Shown in pieces: positions 59,439 to 64,000 of a stretch of 64,000 bases of DNA. Under the pieces are notes generated by a model. It saw only the letters and a program-made list of their open reading frames with translations, had not been told where the DNA came from and ran no database searches. This DNA is from Polyangiales bacterium (GTDB lineage Bacteria; Myxococcota_A; Polyangia; Polyangiales; Ga0077539), in NCBI GenBank assembly GCA_044229975.1, contig JBGARZ010000006.1, forward strand, positions 1 to 64,000, given 5' to 3'. Position 1 is the first letter of the stretch. Every line of letters starts with the position of its first letter. The position numbers and the translations under genes are program-made.

Positions 59439-60077
59439 ATGGACCGCGAACAACGACGTGCGCAGATCTTGACCATCGCCGCGGAGGTCTTCGCGGAGAA
59501 GGGCTATCACGACGCCAAGATCGACGACATCGTGGCGCGGGCCAAGGTCGCGCGAGGCACGTTCTACCTGTATTTCGAGGACAAGCGCGGCATCTTCGAG
59601 GAGCTCGTCAACGGCTTCGTGCGGCAGCTCGCCGAGACCATCGAGCCCATCGAGACCGTCCCCGAGGCCGACCCGGTGCGGGTGATGAGCGAGCTGCGCA
59701 CCAACCTCGTGCGCCTCGTGCAGCGCTTCGTGGCCGAGCCCGCCATGGCCAAGGTGCTGCTCTCCGCCGCCGTCGGCCTCGATGCCGAGTTCGATCAGCG
59801 ACTGCTGGCGTTCTATGAAGAGATCGCCGACCTGCTGGAGCGCTCGCTCTCGCAGGGGGAAGACGCCGGGCTCGTGCGGCCGGGGCACCGGCGCATCTGG
59901 TCGTTCTGCCTCACCGGGATCATCAAGGAGCTGCTCTACCAGCTCATCCTGCGGCGCGCGGTGACCGAGCCCGAAGAGCTCGTCGACGCCATGATCGACC
60001 TCGTGGCCGACGGGCTGTTTACGGATCCAGCGCGGGCGGCGGTGCGGGCTTCGATCGACCGACGCGCCACGCGATGA
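59439..60077 (+). CDS. TetR/AcrR family regulator
   Basis: FAEKGYHDAKIDDIVARAKVARGTFYLYFEDK. Confidence 0.93.
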   Translation: MDREQRRAQILTIAAEVFAEKGYHDAKIDDIVARAKVARGTFYLYFEDKRGIFEELVNGFVRQLAETIEPIETVPEADPVRVMSELRTNLVRLVQRFVAEPAMAKVLLSAAVGLDAEFDQRLLAFYEEIADLLERSLSQGEDAGLVRPGHRRIWSFCLTGIIKELLYQLILRRAVTEPEELVDAMIDLVADGLFTDPARAAVRASIDRRATR

Positions 60078-61086
60078 CCGTCGCGATGAGGGCCACCACC
60101 CCCACCGCCAGCCCGATGCGCCCATCGAACAACGACACCGCCACCGTGATGCCCGCCGCGATGACGGTGATGACCACGCGGTCGACGAGGCGGATACGAT
60201 CACGCTGCGCGATGGCCGTGCGCACCTCGGCGAGCTGACGCTGAAACGACGTGTTGGCGGAGTCGCGCGCGCGGCACTGGGCGAGCAGCTCGGCGGCTTC
60301 ATCAAGGGCCCCGCGCTCGCGCAGGGCGACCACGAGGTTGGTCATCGCGGACGGCAGACCCGGGCGGATGCGCAGCGCCTCGCGGCTGGCCGACTCGGCC
60401 TCGCGGTAGAGGTGGAGTTCGAGCGAGGCGTACCCGAGGTTGGCCCACGCGGCGTAGTGGTTGGGGTCGAGGCGGATGGCCTCGCGCGCGGCCTCGGCGG
60501 CCTCGGGGAAGCGCCGACGCTCGGTGAGCAGCCACGCGAGGCGGCCGAAGCCGGAGGCGCTGTCGGGTTCGAGCTTGATGAGCTCGCGGGTGATGGCCTC
60601 GGCGCGGTCGTAGTCCTTGAGGGTGCCCAGCACGCGGGCGGCCATTTCGAGCACCACGCCGTCGCGCGGGTCGAGCGCGAGCGCGCGGTCGATGGACGCC
60701 TTGGCTTCGTCGAAGCGGGAGACCTCGACGAGGCTGAGCGCGCGGCGGATCTGGTAGCGCGCGAAGTCGGGCTCGAAGGCCAGGGCGCGCTCGATGGGCG
60801 CGAGGGCGTCTTCGTAGCGGCCCATGCACTGGAGCGTAAAGCCCGCGAGGTAGTGGGCGTACCCGGTGCCGGGCGCGGCGCTGACGGCGGCCTGGACGGA
60901 CTCCCACGCGGCGTCGTAGCGGCCGGCCCCGAGGCGGGCGCGGGTGAGCAGGATGAGCGAGTCGGCGTCGGTGGGCGCGGCCCCGAGGGCGGCGCGGGCC
61001 TCGCGCTCGGCGGCATCATAACGACCCAGGTCGAGGGCCACGCGGGCGCGCTTGCGGTGCCTCTCGGCGACCTCGGTGGGGGTCAT
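60019..61086 (-). CDS. TPR protein with C-terminal membrane anchor
   Basis: Regular TPR repeats; two C-terminal hydrophobic segments. Confidence 0.85.
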   Translation of the reverse strand: MTPTEVAERHRKRARVALDLGRYDAAEREARAALGAAPTDADSLILLTRARLGAGRYDAAWESVQAAVSAAPGTGYAHYLAGFTLQCMGRYEDALAPIERALAFEPDFARYQIRRALSLVEVSRFDEAKASIDRALALDPRDGVVLEMAARVLGTLKDYDRAEAITRELIKLEPDSASGFGRLAWLLTERRRFPEAAEAAREAIRLDPNHYAAWANLGYASLELHLYREAESASREALRIRPGLPSAMTNLVVALRERGALDEAAELLAQCRARDSANTSFQRQLAEVRTAIAQRDRIRLVDRVVITVIAAGITVAVSLFDGRIGLAVGVVALIATVIAWRVGRSKPAPPPALDP

Positions 61087-61135
61087 GCGCCGTGTCGTAG
61101 CAGAGACGCCCGCGCGCAACCACTACCCCGGCGGC

Positions 61136-61804
61136 CTACGGCTTCGTGGCGAGGTAGACCACGAAGCGGGCGCTGACCCGGGAGGGGTGCTCGCAGGTGA
61201 CGGCGAAGCCCGCGCGCTGGAGGCGCTCGACGTAGCTCTCGACGCGCGCCTCGGCCCAGATGGCGAACACACCACCCGGGCGCAGCGAGGCGAAGGCGCG
61301 CTCGCAGGCGATGGTTCCGTAGAGGGGGTCGCGGGGGCGGGTGCGGGCGTCGGGGCCGACGTAGAGGTCGATGACCACGGCGTCGAGCGTGCCCGGGGAG
61401 GTGCTCGCGGCGCGGAGGGCGTCGGCGAAGTCACCGACGGTGACGGTGACGCGCGGGTCATCCACGGCGCCATTGGTGACCGGGGCGATGGGGCCGCGGC
61501 ACCACGCGACGATCACCGGGTTGAGCTCGGCGACCTGCACCGCGGCGGTGGCCGGGAGCGCATCGAGGACAGCGCGCAAGGTGATCGCCATGCCGAGGCC
61601 GCCGACCAGGACACGCGGCGCGGGGCGCTCGGCGAGGCCGCGGCAGGCGAGCGTTCCGAGGGCGACTTCGGAGCGGCGGTCGGCGCTGTTCATCAGCATG
61701 CGGCCGTCGATGGTGATGAAGAAGTCGCGGTCGCCGCGGCGCTGGAGGACGAGCTTGCCGTCGGGCGTCGCGGCGGTGTCGAGGGTGACCAGGGGGAGGC
61801 TCAT
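61136..61804 (-). CDS. Spermidine-synthase-like SAM-binding protein
   Basis: MLMNS...SE..L, VLVGGLGMAITL, AELNP. Confidence 0.85.
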   Translation of the reverse strand: MSLPLVTLDTAATPDGKLVLQRRGDRDFFITIDGRMLMNSADRRSEVALGTLACRGLAERPAPRVLVGGLGMAITLRAVLDALPATAAVQVAELNPVIVAWCRGPIAPVTNGAVDDPRVTVTVGDFADALRAASTSPGTLDAVVIDLYVGPDARTRPRDPLYGTIACERAFASLRPGGVFAIWAEARVESYVERLQRAGFAVTCEHPSRVSARFVVYLATKP

Positions 61805-61855
61805 ACGGCGGGCCGTAGTACCCCATCGCGGAGGGGTGTGTCCTATGATCGGGCG

Positions 61856-63544
61856 ATGGACGAGTCCGCCGCGCGAGAGGACGACTTCGACCGGGTGATG
61901 GCGCCCGCCCAGCAGGCGCGCTGGCTGGTCGAACCGCACTGGCGCGACCGCGACGGGCAGCGCCCCGGCGACGCCGACTGGCGCGAGCGGGACGCACCGC
62001 GCTTCGAGCGGCTGCGCGCGATGAAGGTGTGGCCCGAGGTGGAGGACGTGCTGCGGTGGTACCTGCACGCGGGCGTTCCGGCGGCGCGGCGGAGCGAGTG
62101 GGCGTACTGGAGCTGCCTCTGCGTGCCCGACTCCGAGGAGGTGATGACCCTCGCGGAGATCTACGTGGGCGCCGAGCTCGTGTGCGCGGCCGTCATCGAG
62201 GACGACCTGGCCTTCACGTTTCATTTCGCGCTGAGCCTCGCGGACGTCGCGCGCTTCACCCAGCGCCCCAACGTGGACGTCACCGAGCTGCGCCCTCTGT
62301 CCGGCAAGGACGTCGAGGTGACCGTGCGCGCCGTCGGCCGCGACGCCGCGGTGTCGGTGCTCGACGACGAGGTGGTGATCCGCGCGCTGCGCCGCAACAA
62401 CCTGGAGCTGGTGCGCGCCGGGCGCTGCGTCGCCAGCGATCGGCACAACATCGTGCTCGCCGACGCGCTGCTGCTGGAGCCCGGACTGGTGCTGGTGCCT
62501 CCACCGGACAGCGACGCGTACAAGGACCTGGTGCCCCGCAAGGCACCGTATCGCGGGCCGACGAAGCTCGACCCGACGCTCTCCGTGGACGACGCGCTCG
62601 CGTTCGTCGACGGGCTCATCGTGGCGAGGCAGTACGACGCGGCCGTCGACGCGCTGCAAGATCTCGGGGACCGCCTCGACGCCGTGCACGACGGCGCGAT
62701 GGTGACGCGCCTCGAGAAGATCGCGCCGATGCTCATCGAGCCCGGGCGCTTGCGGGCGGCGCTGAGTTCGATCGTCACGTACCACTCCGACCGCGGCGAC
62801 GACGCGCGGGTGTTCGAGTGGCTGCCGCGGACGAAGGCTGCCTTCGAGGGCTCCGAAAGCTTCGACCAGATGGCGGTGATCACCGCCGTGACGGGGCGCT
62901 CGCACCGCCGCACGGGGCACCCGGCGCGAGGCATCGAGCTGCTGTCCCGCGGGCTCGCGAGCTTCACCGAGGTGGGGAGGACGCAGGTCGGGACCATGGC
63001 GGCCTTCACCATGGAACTGGCCCGCTGCTACACGGCGCTCGGGGACTTCGGGGCGGCGCGCGAGCACCTCACCACGGCCCTGCGCTCGCTCAAGGAAGGT
63101 CACCCGCTGCGGGCAGCGTTGTGGTGCGCCATCGCCGAGCGGCACCAGCGGGAGCGCGACCTGCCGCCCATGCGGTCGTCCCTGGAGGAGGCGCTGGCGG
63201 GGGGCGAGACGTTGCTCCCGCGCGCCGAGTTGGCGCCGCTGCTCGCCGCGGTAGGCTGGTGCGACGAGCGGCTCGACTTCCACCACGTCGCCGTCGAGCA
63301 CTACACCGAGGCGCTCGCGGGCCTCGCCGACGGCGCGAAGGTGGGGCTGCGGCGGGGCGTTCTCGCGGGGCTGGTGCGCTGCCTCGACAAGCAGGGGAAG
63401 CGCGCGGAGGCCGATGGCTACCTCGCGCGCGCCGAGGCGCTGGAGGGCCTCGCGTGGCCCGTCGAGGGCGAGTGGCCGCTCGACGACGTCATCGAGCTGT
63501 TGCTGCAAGCGGCCTGGCTCGACGACGACGAGCCCGCGGCGTGA
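61856..63544 (+). CDS. Hypothetical protein with C-terminal TPR-like repeats
   Basis: Long biased ORF; helical repeats in the C-terminal half. Confidence 0.75.
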   Translation: MDESAAREDDFDRVMAPAQQARWLVEPHWRDRDGQRPGDADWRERDAPRFERLRAMKVWPEVEDVLRWYLHAGVPAARRSEWAYWSCLCVPDSEEVMTLAEIYVGAELVCAAVIEDDLAFTFHFALSLADVARFTQRPNVDVTELRPLSGKDVEVTVRAVGRDAAVSVLDDEVVIRALRRNNLELVRAGRCVASDRHNIVLADALLLEPGLVLVPPPDSDAYKDLVPRKAPYRGPTKLDPTLSVDDALAFVDGLIVARQYDAAVDALQDLGDRLDAVHDGAMVTRLEKIAPMLIEPGRLRAALSSIVTYHSDRGDDARVFEWLPRTKAAFEGSESFDQMAVITAVTGRSHRRTGHPARGIELLSRGLASFTEVGRTQVGTMAAFTMELARCYTALGDFGAAREHLTTALRSLKEGHPLRAALWCAIAERHQRERDLPPMRSSLEEALAGGETLLPRAELAPLLAAVGWCDERLDFHHVAVEHYTEALAGLADGAKVGLRRGVLAGLVRCLDKQGKRAEADGYLARAEALEGLAWPVEGEWPLDDVIELLLQAAWLDDDEPAA

Positions 63545-64000
63545 GCCACTCCGTCGACGAGCTCGCGAGCCTCCTTCGTGGGCGACGCGTCTGCGTGCTC
63601 ACCGGCGCGGGCGTGTCCACCGACTCCGGCATCCCCGACTACCGCGGTCCGCTCACCCGCGCGAAGGCGCGCAACCCCATCCAGCATCGCGCGTTCATCA
63701 CCGACCCCGCCACGCGAGCCCGCTACTGGGCGCGCAGTGTCCTCGGGTGGCCGCGCTTCCGGGCCTTCGAGCCCAACGCCTCGCACCACGCGCTCGCCTC
63801 CCTCGAAGGCGCCGGGCTGCTCACCGGGCTCCTCACGCAAAACGTCGATCGCCTCCACCACAAGGCCCGCAGCCGCGACGTCATCGAGCTGCACGGCGCC
63901 CTCCACGAAGCCCGCTGCCTCGACTGCGGCGCGACCGAGACCCGCGACGCGCTCCAGCAACGATTGCTCGCGCTCAACCCCGGCGCCGACACGCGCACCC
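63541..64000 (+). CDS. Sir2-family NAD-dependent deacylase (3' truncated)
   Basis: Manual translation: LTGAGVSTDSGIPDYRG, TQNVDRLH, ELHG, CLDC; GTGA overlap. Confidence 0.93.
   Translation, partial: MSHSVDELASLLRGRRVCVLTGAGVSTDSGIPDYRGPLTRAKARNPIQHRAFITDPATRARYWARSVLGWPRFRAFEPNASHHALASLEGAGLLTGLLTQNVDRLHHKARSRDVIELHGALHEARCLDCGATETRDALQQRLLALNPGADTRT

Noticed and set aside
63541..64000. Sirtuin as an antiphage SIR2 effector
   Set aside because: Motifs (GIPDYRG, RYWARS, Zn-binding CxxC) fit an ordinary housekeeping deacylase

Overview
High-GC bacterial DNA. The many cysteine-rich lipoproteins with 'DAG'-rich linkers suggest a myxobacterium (Myxococcota); this is an inference. The first 5.2 kb is the distal end of an integron-type gene-cassette array. 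It has seven 91-bp attC sites and no integrase inside the window. The cassettes are two near-identical tandem copies of one cassette, a DUF4926-like gene, an apparently gene-less repeat cassette, a hypothetical gene, a two-gene cassette with a Ser/Thr kinase, and an SMI1/KNR4 gene. All attC sites are crossed by short ORFs in one fixed frame, and these often end on the next gene's start codon. Downstream are a two-component system and a 12.0-14.8 kb mosaic of single-gene modules separated by partial duplications that share CTACCGAT. Next come a six-gene peptide-ligase/hydrolase operon, a two-gene RNA-repair operon, and a 117-bp inverted-repeat element related to an IS200/RAYT-like element at 54.4-55.1 kb. 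The rest holds housekeeping genes (maf, argS, pruA), a 22-repeat Cys-rich lipoprotein coupled to a barrel-TSP3-OmpA protein, and assorted envelope, TPR and regulatory genes. The window ends in a truncated sirtuin. Protein families were assigned by motif recognition only; no database searches were run.
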